From positions 29,700,001-29,764,000 of the forward strand of contig NC_086097.1 in NCBI RefSeq assembly GCF_963921235.1: a stretch of 64,000 nucleotides of DNA, written 5' to 3'. Below are positions 36,600 to 49,161 of this stretch, one piece after another. Positions within the stretch are counted from its first letter, which is position 1. Each line of letters starts with the position of its first letter. The stretch is from Mobula hypostoma. Its lineage: Eukaryota. Both the position numbers and the translations under genes were made by a program. A model generated the notes under the pieces. It was not told the DNA's origin. It searched no databases and saw only the letters and a list, made by a program, of their open reading frames with translations.

Positions 36600-37190
36600 A
36601 CATACTAAATGTCGGAGGAACTCAGCAGGTCAGGCAGCTTCTATGGGATAGTCAAAGTTTCAGGCTGAGATCCTTCATCAGGACCGGAAATGAAGGGGCA
36701 AGAAGCCAGGATGAGAAGGTGGGAAGACGGGAAGGAATACAAGATAGAAAGTGACAGGTGAAGCCTGGTAAATGACTGATAATCTAATAGGAGAAGAGAG
36801 TGGACCATGAGAAAAAAAGGAGGAGAGGGGACACCAGGAGGAGGAGATTGGCAGGTGATGGGAGAAGAGGTAAGACGGGAGCCAGAGTGGGAATGGCAGA
36901 AGGGGGAGAGGGGAAATTACCAGAAGTTAGAGAAATCAATATTCATGCCTTAAGGATGAAGGCTGCCCAGACGGAACATGAGGTGTTGCTCCTGATATGA
37001 GATGTTGCTTCTGAGAGGGGCCTCATCATGGAAAACGAGGAAGCCATGGACCAACACATCGGAATAGGAATGAGGATTGGAATTAAAATGCTTGGCTGTC
37101 AGGAAATTCTGCTTGTTGCAGATGCAGTGCAGGTGCTCGACAAAGTGACCCCCCCCCCCAATGTCAGGTCTTACCAATGAAGAGGAGGTC
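36600..37190 (-). mobile_element. Degraded Penelope-like element 3' part
   Basis: ORF 36950-37177 HFVEHL...AKHFNSNPHSYSD...QEQHLMFRLGSLHP parallels the 29571 GIY-YIG C-terminus. A pseudo-LTR with a mutated hammerhead core lies at ~36650-36685. Confidence 0.8.
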
Positions 37191-37238
37191 CCATCAGAAG
37201 GGGTATAAATACCACCAGACTAGACATGCCCAGGCATC

Positions 37239-37281
37239 AGCCCTGATGAAAATGGCAGAGTTTGTCATTGAAACGTCGGTT
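37239..37281 (+). ncRNA. Minimal type I hammerhead ribozyme motif (family 2)
   Basis: AGCC-CUGAUGA-A-AAUGGCAG[AGU]UUGUCAUU-GAAAC-GUC^GGUU. Helix I is AGCC/GGUU, helix II is 8 bp including G-U pairs, and the ACGU palindrome replaces helix III. Confidence 0.7.
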
Positions 37282-38631
37282 AAAGTCAATACCTAGACCA
37301 GGCTGGAAGCCCAAGAACTTATTCGTCATATATGTCGGGAAAGCACTTTATCCTTTTGTTTACAACTCGCTGCTTTTCCACTGCCCCTAGCACCCACCAC
37401 TCTCTGCGTAAAACAAAAATTTCCTGCACAACACCTTTTTGCCTCCTTCACCTTAAATCAATGCCCTCTGATGTTAGACATTTTGACCCTGGGGAAAAGA
37501 CACTGGCTCTCTACCTATGCCTCTCATCACTTTATAAACTCCTCAGTCTCTGCCGCTCCGGAGAAAACTGCCCAAGTTTGTCCACGGGGGATTCAGCTGG
37601 CGGACCATGCAGGAAGTTGACCTGGTAGGGTATCTGGGTCCGAGATTTCTGTTGGAATTGGTGATCACTTGGTGGATCTGTCCCACCATCACACCACCAT
37701 CCTCACATGGCAACTAACCAAGGAACTGATAGGAGCTGCTGCCTGACCTGCCAAGTTCCTCCAGCATTTTGTGCGCATTGCTCTGGATTTCCAGCATCTG
37801 CAGAATCTATGTCATAAAATCTTATTTAATTTTATTTAGGACTACAGCACAGTAACAGGCCCAGTCAGCTCACGCTGGCAAATTATACCCATTTGGCCAA
37901 TTAACCTACCAATCCGTACATTTTTGGAATATGGGAAGAAACTGGAGCACCCGGAATAAACCCACACAGTTGCTTCCAGGCAGCAGCAGAACTGAATCAG
38001 ATCACTGGCACTGTAATAGCATTACACTAACCGTTACACTACATTGGGGAAGGGAAGGGTTAGATTGATCCTAGAATAGGTTAAAGAGTTATCACAACAT
38101 CGTGGGCTGAAGGGCCTGTACTGTGCTGTACGGTTCCATGTTCTATGTTCCATGTTCTATCTACCATGTTACATGTTCTATGTACCATGTTCTATGTTCC
38201 ACATTCTATCTACCATGTTACATGTTCTATGTATCATGTTCTATGTTCCACGTTCTATCATGCTGCTCCATTTGTTGTTTTGCAGCAGCACGGTATAAAA
38301 ATTACTCTAAGTTACAAAAATGAGTAAATAGTGCAAAAGATGAAGAATAAGCTGGTGTACATGGACCTTTCAGAAATCTGATGGCAGTGGAGAAGAAGCT
38401 GTTCCTAAAACACTGAGTGTGGGTCTTCAGGCTCCCGAACCTCCTCCCTGATGGTAGTCATGAGAAGAGGACATGTCCAGGATGGTGAAGGTCTTTGCTG
38501 ATGGATGCTGCCTACTTATAGCGCTGCCTTTTGACAATGCCCATGATGGCGGGGAGGACTGTGCCTGCGGTGGACAGAGATCAAAGGATTCTTGGAGATT
38601 CATGAATGTGGGTTAGTGTTGCTAGGGTAAC

Positions 38632-40438
38632 CTGCAGGACAGCGGCGACGCACGGTGTATGTGGAAGGGCATTCAGGACATCACCAACTACAAAACAACA
38701 CCACCTGCCTCTGCTGGTGATGCCTCCCTCCCAGATGTGTTGAATAACTTCTATGTTCGGTTTGAGGCGGAAAATGACGTGGCTGCGATGAAGACCATCC
38801 CTCCTCCAAATGACCAGGTGCTGTGTCTTACAGTGACTGATGTGAGGAGAACCCTGTGCAGGGTCAACCCTTGGAAGGCTGCTGGACCAGACAATATTTC
38901 TAGCAGAGTGCTTAGAGGATGTGCAGACCAGCTAGCTGAGATTCTCACTGACATCTTCAACATCTCCCTGAGTAGTGCCGTCGTTCTTATGTGCTTCAAG
39001 GTTGCCACCATCGTCTCCGTGCCGAAGGAGTCTTCAGTGTCCTGCCTCAACGACTACCGTCCCGTTGCACTCACATCCATCATCATGAAGTGTTTTGAGA
39101 GGCTCATCATGAGGCACATCAAGACCCTGCTGCCCGCCTCACTGGACCCCCTGCAGTTCGTGTACCGTCCCAACTGTTCAACAGACGACGCCATTGCCAT
39201 CACCCTCCACCTGGCCCTAATCCACCTGGACAAAAAAGACACTTGTGTTCGAATGCAGTTCATAGACTTCAGTTCAGCATTCAACACAATCATTCCTCAG
39301 AAACTGATTGGAAAGCTGAGCCTACTGGGCCTGAACACCTCCCTCTGCAACTGGATCCTAGACTTCCTGACTGGGAGACCTCAGTCAGTCCAGATTGGAA
39401 GCAGCATCTCCAACACCATCACACTGAGCACGGGGGCCCTCCAGAGTGTGCTCAGTCCACTGCTGTTCACTCTGCTGACCCACGACTGTGCTGCAACACA
39501 CAGCTCGAAACATATCATCAAGTTCGCCGATGACACGACCATGGTGGGTCTCATCAGCAAGAATGATGAGTCAGCATACAGAGAGGAGGTGCAGTGGCTA
39601 ACGGACTGGTGCAGAGCCAACAACCTGTCTCTGAATGTGAACGAAACAAAAGAGATGGTCGTTGACTTCAGGAGGACATGGAGCGCTCCGTAAAGATCGT
39701 TAAGAGCACCAAATTTCTTGGTGTTCACCTGGTGGAGAATCTCACCTGGTCCCTCAACACCAGCTCCATAGCAAAGAAAGCCCAGCAGCATCTCTACTTT
39801 CTGCGAAGGCTGAGAAAAGTCCATCTCCCACCCCCCATCCTCAACACATTCTACAGAGGTTGTATTGAGAGCATCCCAAGCAGCTGCATCACTGCCTGGT
39901 TCGGAAATTGCACCATCTTGGATCACAAGACCCTGCAGCGGATAGAGAGGTCAGCTGAGAAGATCATTAGGGTCTCTCTTCCCGCCATTACAGACATTAA
40001 CACCACATGCTGCATCCGTAAAGCAAACAGCATTATGAAGGACCCCATGCACCCCTCATACAAACTCTTCTCCCTCCTGCCATCCCTGGAAAAAGGCACC
40101 GAAGCATTCGGGCTCTCACGACCAGAGTATGTAACAGTTTCTTCCCCCAAGCCATCAGACTCCTCAATACCCAGATCCTGGACTGACACCAACCTACTGC
40201 CCTCTACTGCCTATTGTCTTGTTTATTATTTATTGTAATGCCTGCACTGTTTTGTGCACTTTAAGCAGTCCTGGGTAGGTCTGTAGTCTAGTGTAGTTTT
40301 TGTGTTGTTTTACCTAGTTCAGTGTAGTTTTTGTACTGTTCATGTAGCACCATGGTCCTGGAAAACGTTGTCTCATTTTTACTGTGTACTGTACCAGCAG
40401 TTATGGTCGAAATGACAATAAAATGTGACTTGACTTGA
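38632..40438 (+). mobile_element. Rex1/Babar-type LINE, 5'-truncated, relatively young
   Basis: ORFs 38659-39693 ([54 protein letters not shown]) and 39678-40238. 3' tail GACTTGACTTGA. Confidence 0.92.
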
Positions 40439-40527
40439 TGGTCTCCTTGGATGGTGGGATGGGAATCATAGGCTGTTTGAGGTTTTTTTCCCTTTGACTA
40501 GTCTTCACCCTGATTGCTCAATTGCAG

Positions 40528-40628
40528 GGAACAAAAGGAATATTCACTTCAATGTGAAAGATCTGGAGGAGATGGGCTTCCACTTTTGTGACACTCTGCT
40601 GGACTACTGCGATCCCGACCAATCAAAG
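40528..40628 (+). CDS. AGBL3: AGBL3/CCP3-like exon i
   Basis: attgcag|GG...TCAAAG|gtaact; (G)[33 protein letters not shown], matching AGBL3 [31 protein letters not shown]. Confidence 0.95.
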
Positions 40629-41621
40629 GTAACTTTACAGTTTGCTGCCTCATGTACGTTAATATCTAAGGTGAGCACAAGGCAGGCTTCTCCAGCTTGC
40701 TTGGCTATTTAGTAAGTCTATATCTCAACCGACTGTAACCTCAACACATTATCCCCTCAGCCCCCGCACCCTCGCCTTTCCAGCATCTGTCTCTGACACT
40801 ATGGAAAAACCAATGAAGTAGCATATCCAATCCATCACAGGAAAGGCCCTCCCCTACCACTGAGCTCATTTACAAAGAGCACTCCCACAAGAAAGCAGCA
40901 TCCATCATCCAGGCCATGCTCTCCTCTCACCACTGACATCAGGAAGGAGGTACAGGAGCCTCAGGTCCCACACCACCAGGTTCAGGATCAGTTATTATCC
41001 TTCAACCATCAGTGTCCTGAACCAACATGGATAACTTCATTCACCTTAACACTAAACTGAGTCCACAACCTACGGGCTCGCTTGCAAAAACTCTAAAAAC
41101 TCAGTCTCAGCATTTATCTATTTATTTATTTATTACTTGTTTTTATAATTGCACTGTTTTCTTTTGCACATTGGTTGTTTGTCCATTGTTGTGTGTAGGT
41201 TTTCATTGATTCTATTGTATTACTACAAATGCCTGCAAGAAAACATATCTCCAGATAGTACAATATGTGGTGACATACATGTACTTAGATAATAAATTTA
41301 CTTTGAAATGTGACCTTTGAAATTGAAACAACCCCTCAGCTACAATCCACGCTGGGGAGCTTATTGACCAGCTAATTTTTGGAAGAAGCCATGGAATTTG
41401 GAGCAGTTTGTACCTTCCTGTTCCTCAAACATGGAATGACACAATGTGGACCTATCCTGTTTTTATCATCCATTTAGCTTCCTATTCCAATAATTCTGCA
41501 ACAAATTACAATGTTTTACCCTAGTACAGTAATATGGGCACAACCTCACAGTCAACCCTATTGGGGCTTTGTGCTTTACTGCACTTCCTCTGTAACTGTA
41601 ACACTTTATCCTGCACTCTTA

Positions 41622-42850
41622 TTTGGCCCAACGCAATTTTCCTATCGCCATAATAGGTCAACGGCAGATGCAATCTGAGTGGCTCTTCACACGGCCTTAG
41701 ACCACCTGGACAACACAAACATCTATGTCAGAATGCTGTTCATCAACTATAGCTCAGCATTTAATACCATCATTCCCACAACCCTGATTGAGAAGTTACA
41801 GAACCTGGGACTCTATACCTCCCTCTGCAATTGGATCCTCAACTTCCTAACTGGAAGACCACAATCTGTGCAGATTGGTGATAATATCTCCTCCTCGCTG
41901 GCGATCAACACTGGCGCACCTCAGGGGTGTGTGCTTAGCCCACTACTCTGCTCTCTAGATACACATGACTGTGTGGCTAGGCATAGCTCAAGTACCATCT
42001 ATAAATTTGCTGACGATACAACCATTGTTGGTAGAATCTCAGGTGGTGATGAGAGGGCGTACAGGAGTGAGATATACCAACTGTGGAATGGTGTCACAGC
42101 AACAACCTGGCACTCAACATCAGTAAGACGAAAGAGCTGATTGTGGACTTCAGGACGGGTAAGACGAAGGAGCACATACCAATCCTCAGAAATAGAGAGA
42201 GTGAGCAGTTTCAAGTTCCTGGGTGTCAAGATCTCTGAGGATCTAACCTGGTCCCAACATATCGATGCAGCTATAAAGATAAGCCAGTGACTATACTTCA
42301 TTCGGAGTTTGAAGAGATTTGGTACGTCAACAAAAACACTCAAAAACTTCTATAGATGTACTGTGGAGAGCATTCTGACAGGCTGCTTCACTGTCTGGTA
42401 TGGTGGGGGGGGGCGCTATTGCACAGGACCAAAAGCAATTACAGAGGGTTGTAAATTCAGCCTACAAAGTACCCAGGACATCTTTAGGGAGCGGTGTCTC
42501 AGAAAGGCAGCATCCATTATTAAGGGCCTCCAGCACCCAGGGCATGTCCTTTTCTCACTGTTACCATCAGGTAGGAGGTACAGAAGCCTGAAGGCACACA
42601 CTCAGCAATTCAGGAACAGCTCTGCCATGTGATTCCTAAATGGACATTGAACCTGTGAACACTGCCTTATTTTTTTAGTATATATTATTTGCTTTTTGCA
42701 TGATTTTAATCTATTCAATATACATATACAGTAATTGATCTACTTATTTTTACTTTTTTTCTATACTATGTAATGCATTGAACTGCTGCTGCTAAGTTAA
42801 CAAATTTTACAACACATGCCAGTGATAATAAACCTGATTCAGATTCTGAT
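41622..42850 (+). mobile_element. Rex1/Babar-type LINE, 5'-truncated
   Basis: [11 protein letters not shown]...[17 protein letters not shown]...[13 protein letters not shown]...KFADDTT; tail AATAAACCTGATTCAGATTCTGAT. Confidence 0.9.
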
Positions 42851-43787
42851 GATTGTTTTCCCTTGTACTATCTCAATGCACTGATGTGATCAAATGATCT
42901 GTATGGATGACATGCGAAGTTTTTCACTATACCTCAGCACGAGTCAAAAATAAACAAATTAACCAATTTCTGCCTCGTGTCACTTTTTGTAACATGCTAT
43001 TCAACAATGCTATTCACCCCACTGCACACTCCCTCAAATTCTATCCAAGCTTATTTGGTAAATTATTACTCCAACATAAATTTAATTGCACATCTCTCAA
43101 CCTTTCTTCCAACACAGACGAGCCTCAAAGATACTCATTTACCACAATGGAATGGGACCTTCACCAAAAGGTTCACCTAATCACCTAACTTAGTTCCCTG
43201 CTGTAGATATTGGGGAGGGGTAAATGAATTGCTGTTTCATTATTACTCATTTTGCTCCGTGGATAAACCCTATTGCATCCTCATTTAGTGAGGAGAATTA
43301 GTGGATTGCAACACACAAAGTAGGAACTTAGTGGATTAGGGAGCTCCTATGGAGGAAATGGACCTTTGCTGTTTCAGGATGAGACCCTTCATCTGGACTG
43401 GAAAGAAAGAGGGCAGAAGTCAGTTAAAAAAAGGTGGTGGTGGTGGTGGGGGAGCTGGTGGGTGATAGGTGGCTATTCATTTTCCTCCACGGATGCTACC
43501 TGACCCAAATCAGAATCAGAATCAGGTTTACTATCATTGACATGTGTCATGGAATTTGTTGTTTTATGACAGTAGTACATAGCAAGACATAGCAGTTACA
43601 ATGAATAAACAGATAGATTCTGGATAGATAAATGTATAGATAGATAAATAGAAAACGAATGACTAAAGAATGAATGAATGAATGCTGATTTCCTCCAACA
43701 TTTTGTGTGTTGCTCCAGACTTCCAGCATCTACAGTTTCTCTTGTGTCCCCGCTGAGAATTAATTGATGTTGTCTTTCCTGATCCAG

Positions 43788-43915
43788 TACACACAATGCA
43801 TTAACCAGCTGAAGAACCAGATGAAGGAAGATATTGCAGCCAAAATGGGAATTCCTGGTGCAGCTTACGACTCTGATGCATCACTCAGTGACATCTTGTC
43901 CTGCATTGAGTCCAG
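43788..43915 (+). CDS. AGBL3: AGBL3/CCP3-like exon j
   Basis: ctttcctgatccag|TAC...TCCAG|gtttgg; YTQCINQLKNQMKEDIAAKMGIPGAAYDSDASLSDILSCIES, similar to AGBL2/3 FTQCL...LSDIESS. Confidence 0.88.
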
Positions 43916-45672
43916 GTTTGGATTTCTTCATTGATATGCTAATAAATAATTGGATATTTGGAGGAGTAGCTGAAACCTGGGGGTCCAACTCCATAGATCC
44001 CTTAAAAATGCTGCGCATGTTGGTAGGGTGGTTAAGACGGCTTATGGCCATTAGCCAGGAGATTGACTTGAAGAACTGCGAGGGAATGTTACTGTCCAGC
44101 TGTGGTTCAGAAGGAAAGGGGAGGAATGGTCATGGCCCGAAATGTCAACTGTACTTTTTTCCTTAGATGCTGCCTGGCCTGCTGAGTTCCTCCAGCATTT
44201 TGCGTGTGTGTGTCGCTTAGATCTCCAGCATCTGCAGATTCTCTCTTTGTGATTAGGTTGTGTTGGTTGTTGGTGCAAATGACGCATTTCACTGTATGTT
44301 TCCGTGTACAGACTTAGCTTGCATATAGCTAGGATGCCTAAGATTTTTGCACAGTACTGCAGTAATTTGATATATTGCACTGTACTCCCACAACAAAACA
44401 AAAGCAAATTCCATGACATGTGAGTGACCATAAACCCGATTCTGATATGAGTCTCTATTGTGAACTAGGAGTAGGAAGGGGACAGGCAGAGGGGGATTGT
44501 GGTTGGGAAAAGGAGAAGGGAGGGGGAGGGAGAGGGGACGTGGTTGGGAAAAGAGGAAGGGAGGGGGAGGGGGAGGGGAATCGTGGTTGGGAAAAGGGGA
44601 AGGGAGGGCAGGAAGCACCAGAGAGACATTCCGTAGTGATTAGCAAAACAATTGTTTGGAATCAAATGACATTGCATGGTGTCTCAGGGTTGGGTGTGTC
44701 TGCACCCGCACCACCACCCCCCCCGCCCTTGGCCCTCCTCCTCTGCCACTTGTCACACACTCCTTCTGTGGCACTCCACCCTCGCCACTCCCAACATCCT
44801 TGGTTCCCTCCAGATTTACAAACTAGCTCACCACTCCACGTTGTCTAATATAGTATCGTGCAAAAGTCTTAGGGACACTAACTATACTTATGTGCCCAGG
44901 ACTTCTGTAGAGTACTGCACATGTTATAAGTAAATCTGAATCTGCTGTTCTGAATAATCTTAGTGACCAAATCTCCAGATCCCACTGGGACAGAGAATTC
45001 CAAAGGATCTCCAAATCTGACTGAAGGAATTTCCCGAAACTGCCTAGCCCTTATTCAAAGATTTGTCTTGATGAGGGGTCTCAGCCCAAAGGTCAATTCA
45101 ATTCCTTTCCATAGGTGCTGCCTAGCCTTCAGTATTTTATGTGTTACTCTAGATCCCAGCATCCAAAGAATCTCTTGTGTTAAATATTAGTTTTATTTGT
45201 CATATGTACATCGGAACATAGAGTTAAATGTATTTGCATCAAATTAAATTTGCGAGGATTAAGTTGGGTGCATCCCGCAAGTGTTACCACGCTTCCAGCG
45301 CCAACGTTGCACGCCCACAACTCACTCACCCTAACCTGTATGTCTTTGGAGTGTGGGAAGAAGCTGGAGCACTTGAAGGAAGCCGACATGGTCACAGGGG
45401 CTCTGTACGGACAAGAATTGAACCTCAATCGGTGATTGCTGGTGCTCTAAATTGATTGAGCTAACCAGTACTCCGTGAGCCCTGGTCTTAGACTCCTTGG
45501 TCAGTATAAACATCTCCCTGTACCTTAAAGAATGTCTCTGCTTGATAAGACAGTACAGATGTCCCTCAGTACTGATCCAAGTTGTGATATACAGTATGCC
45601 TGGGTCCCTGGCGCTGTTCTCATTCTTGTTTCTGTAGGTGAAATAGTCAATATCTTTTCTTTTTCATTTCAG

Positions 45673-45754
45673 CACCACAGGATCGAACAGCTCCGAATCT
45701 GATGAGCCACCTTGGAAATCAGTTGGCAAGGAATGTGCTAAATTCCCCAGAAAG
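45673..45754 (+). CDS. AGBL3: AGBL3/CCP3-like exon k
   Basis: Long T-tract then ttcag|C...AAG|gttgta; (S)TTGSNSSESDEPPWKSVGKECAKFPRK, similar to SSRGSDSSES / STSGSDSS. Confidence 0.82.
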
Positions 45755-46440
45755 GTTGTACAGCAAAAAAATTCTCTCATTTTAAAGTCATGTTTGTTCT
45801 CATAGGCACAAGTACGCAAAAATTGATCACAATGTAGTATATGTGGTATATTTACTTGGATCATAAACTTCCGTTGACTTTGACAGATATGCGCAAATGC
45901 AATGAAAAACTTGTATTAGCATCACAGGCACATTGGGCAGAACAGACACATTATGCAGAAGGTACAAAAGCTTGAAACCATGTACCACAGATTTCACATC
46001 AGTGACTACCCTGCTGTTATCAGACTCTTGAACAGACCTCTTATATGCTTAAATATGAACTCTTGATCTCCCAGCCTACCTCATCATGGCCCTTGCAATG
46101 TATTTGTCTACCTGCACTGCCCTTTCTCTGTACATGTAACACAATATTCTGCACTGTTTTTTTTAAAATTTTGTTTTGCTACCTTAACATACTTACTGTA
46201 GGCATTGATTTGTCTTTGATGGTGCACAAACAAAAAGTTTTTCACTGCATCCATGTGAAAATAATAACAGATCAACAGCAAAACCATTTCCACCCAATTC
46301 TCCTTCCCCGTGCCCTGTGGAAACAGAAACTTTACACTGAAGATCAATAGGGACGAGTGAGGGAAGAACAGGCATTGATAAAAAAAACTCTGAATGCAGC
46401 ATCTGTATGGAATAAAGCATCTCATCCTCTTCCTCTTTAG

Positions 46441-46539
46441 CAGAATTTGGTGAAGAGAAGAAAGCAACTGAAAACCAAAAGGGAGAGAGAAACCTCCTAC
46501 TTGATTCGGAAGGCAATGAGCACTGAGAAGCATCACAAG
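46441..46539 (+). CDS. AGBL3: AGBL3/CCP3-like exon l (basic segment)
   Basis: cttcctctttag|CAG...AAG|gtacag; QNLVKRRKQLKTKRERETSYLIRKAMSTEKHHK, similar to AGBL3 QKKHLKTKKERN. Confidence 0.85.
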
Positions 46540-46752
46540 GTACAGTGTTAACCAAGGGGAGGGGTGAGTGTGGTAGTGATGGAGGGGGAGGATGGAATGC
46601 AGTAGGGAGGGAGGGGATAAAAATGTTGGAAGCCCCTGCTTTAAACCGTCCCTTGTATGGTTAATACTGAATACTATCTACAGGGAGACAAGCGAACCCT
46701 ATTAGCCACAGCCGAGTGTAGGTAGGTCTTTTCATCATTTCTTGTGTTTCAG

Positions 46753-46866
46753 TTTTCTTCACGAGCAAAGACTCCCGAGACATCTGCGGAGGACCAAGCT
46801 GAGAAGTTGCCGAACCGCACCTCCCAGCAACATGATAGTGAGCCAGACTCAGACACGAATGTCAAT
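46753..46866 (+). CDS. AGBL3: Putative C-terminal exon m
   Basis: ttgtgtttcag|TTT...AAT|gtaagt; open frame, phase 0-0; FSSRAKTPETSAEDQAEKLPNRTSQQHDSEPDSDTNVN. Supported by splice signals and phase only. Confidence 0.7.
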
Positions 46867-47289
46867 GTAAGTTATATATTGCCATTTTAACATGTCAGTG
46901 AACACATTCAACCTAGTGAAGACTTTCTGGGAATAAAAAGGTTAACGTATGAGGCTCTGGGTCTGTACTCGTTGGCATGTAGGAACTCATTGACACATTG
47001 AGTGTCACATCCAATATTAAAAAACCAACACAGAGTGGATATTAATGCCAGAATGTGTAGTGTCCTTGTATGTTTTGATGAATGTGTGAGAAATAAACCT
47101 GAATCTGAATCTGAGAAGATTTTTCCCATAGTAGGAGAGTCTAAACAGAGTCTAGTCGGAGAGTCTAGAGGATAGCTGTAGAATAGAAGGACGCCCCTTT
47201 AGAACAGAAATGAAGAGGAATTTCTTTAGCCAGAGGGTGGTGTAGTCTCCAATGTTCCAGATGGAACAATTCAATCTCTCCTTTAACTG

Positions 47290-47483
47290 TTGTTGTTGAG
47301 AACCATCCAGTCTTCGTTGACTCATGGCGACTCTATGGATAGTGTAGTTGTCCATAGGGTTTTTGTGGCAAGGTACGGAAGTAGATTGCTAGGACTGCTG
47401 CTGCCCAGGTTGGGACCCGGCCAGATTCGAACTCACGACCACCTGCCTCGAAGTCCAGTGCCGATGCCACTATACCATTGGCA
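47290..47483 (-). mobile_element. tRNA-derived SINE
   Basis: Minus strand has A box TGGTATAGTGG, B box GAGTTCGAATC and a (CAA)n tail. Confidence 0.7.
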
Positions 47484-48260
47484 TCCTGGTGAACCAGTTT
47501 TGCACCCTCTCCAAAACTCCACATCCTTCATGTAATGGGGTAACCAGAACCGCACATAATTCACCATGTTTCCTGTGCTTTAGTGCTGGCTTCACTACAG
47601 ATTATTGGAAGGGAATACATTAAGGACCTTTTCCAAAGTTTAAAGTTCAAAGTAACGTTATTATCATAGCATGTATAAGTCACCACATACTACCCGTGAT
47701 TCATTTTCTCGTGGGCATTCGCAGTAGATACAATTAAACACATGAAGAGCTACACACAAAGATGGACAACCAACCAATTCACAAAAGACAACATTGTCGA
47801 AATTAAAACAAACAAATTAATAATGATATCACCAACAAGAGATGTAGAGCCCTTGAAAGTGAGTCCATTAGTTGTGGCAATACGCACAAAATGTGTGAGG
47901 AACTCAGCAGGCCAGGCAGCATTTATGGAAAAGAGTAAACAGTCGAACTTTCAGGCCGAGTCCCTTCATCATGACCCTTCATAGGTTGTGGAATCAGTTC
48001 AGTGTTGAGGTGAGTGTATTACCCACGCTGGTTCAGGAGCTTGGTGGTTGTAGGGGAATAACTGTTTGTGAACCTGGTGGTGTGGGACCTATAGCTTCTA
48101 TACCTGTTTCCCGTTGGCAGCAGTGAGAAGAGAGCATGGCCTGGGTGGTGGGGGCCCTTGTTAATGGATGCAGTTTTTTTTTGTGACACTCTTCTTACAG
48201 ATGTGCTCAATGGTAGAGAATTTCCCCATTCTTTATGTTATCCTTAACTCTATTTCACAG

Positions 48261-48345
48261 GATCCATGCAAGCCGAGCGAAAGTTCACTGTGTGATGACC
48301 GTCTATCTGGAAGAGTATCTGTGAAACGACACTGCGCCACAAAAA
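48261..48345 (+). CDS. AGBL3: Putative C-terminal exon n
   Basis: ctatttcacag|GAT...AAAA|gtaaga; DPCKPSESSLCDDRLSGRVSVKRHCATK; phase 0-1. Confidence 0.65.
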
Positions 48346-48911
48346 GTAAGAGGTTTGTCTCATAGCAAAAGTAACAGCAACATCAATTGTGTAAAATGAC
48401 ATATCAAAGGAAATGTTGCCATGAAATAGGACAAATTAGCAAGGATTGAACTCCATCTGCCACTTCTCAGCCCAGCTCCGTATCCTAACAATGTCTTAGT
48501 GTAAACTCGAAAAACCCTCCATATTATCCACAACATCACCAACCGTTGTGACATCTGCAAACTATTGGAAAGATCCTCTCCATGTCCAACCTGTCCAAGC
48601 CTTTCAATATCTGGTAGGTTTCAGTGAGATTCCCACACCCACCTCATACCACCATTTTTCTAAACTCCAGCGACTACAGGCCCAGAGCCATCAAATATTC
48701 TTCATACAATAGACAATGCTTTCATTCTTGTAAACCTCCTGTGTACTCTCTCCAATGCCAGCACATCCTTTCTTAGATAAGGGTCCCAAAACTGCCCATA
48801 AAACTCCAAGTGTGGTCTGACCAATGCCTTATAAAGCCTCAGCATTACATTCTCGTCCTCCTTGAACTGAATGCTAACATCACCCTTGCATTTGCCTTCC
48901 TTACTACTGAC

Positions 48912-49161
48912 CCGGCTGGTGGCGTAGTGGCATCAGCGTTGGATTTCGGGATGAAAGGTCCCGAGTTCGAATTCAGCCGGCTCCCCTGCACGCTTTCCAT
49001 CCATGCTGGGTTACGAGCTGGTGATCTGTTTGGAAACTCACCCAGCAGAAGGCAATGTAGCAAACCACTGCTGTATGCGATTCCTCACTATGTCAGAGAG
49101 GCATGGAGGGAAATTGTCCGCTAACTGGAGAAACTCCAGATGCAATGTACCTTTCCTTTTC
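48912..49161 (+). mobile_element. tRNA-derived SINE with 9-bp TSD, inserted in a CR1 fragment
   Basis: A box TGGCGTAGTGG, B box GAGTTCGAATT, tail TACCTTTCCTTT. ACTACTGAC at 48903-48911 and 49162-49170. Confidence 0.8.

Noticed and set aside
48912..48990. True tRNA gene (also 47410-47483)
   Set aside because: Pol III boxes are present, but the sequence continues into a SINE body with a tail (and a TSD at 48912), and the cloverleaf is imperfect.
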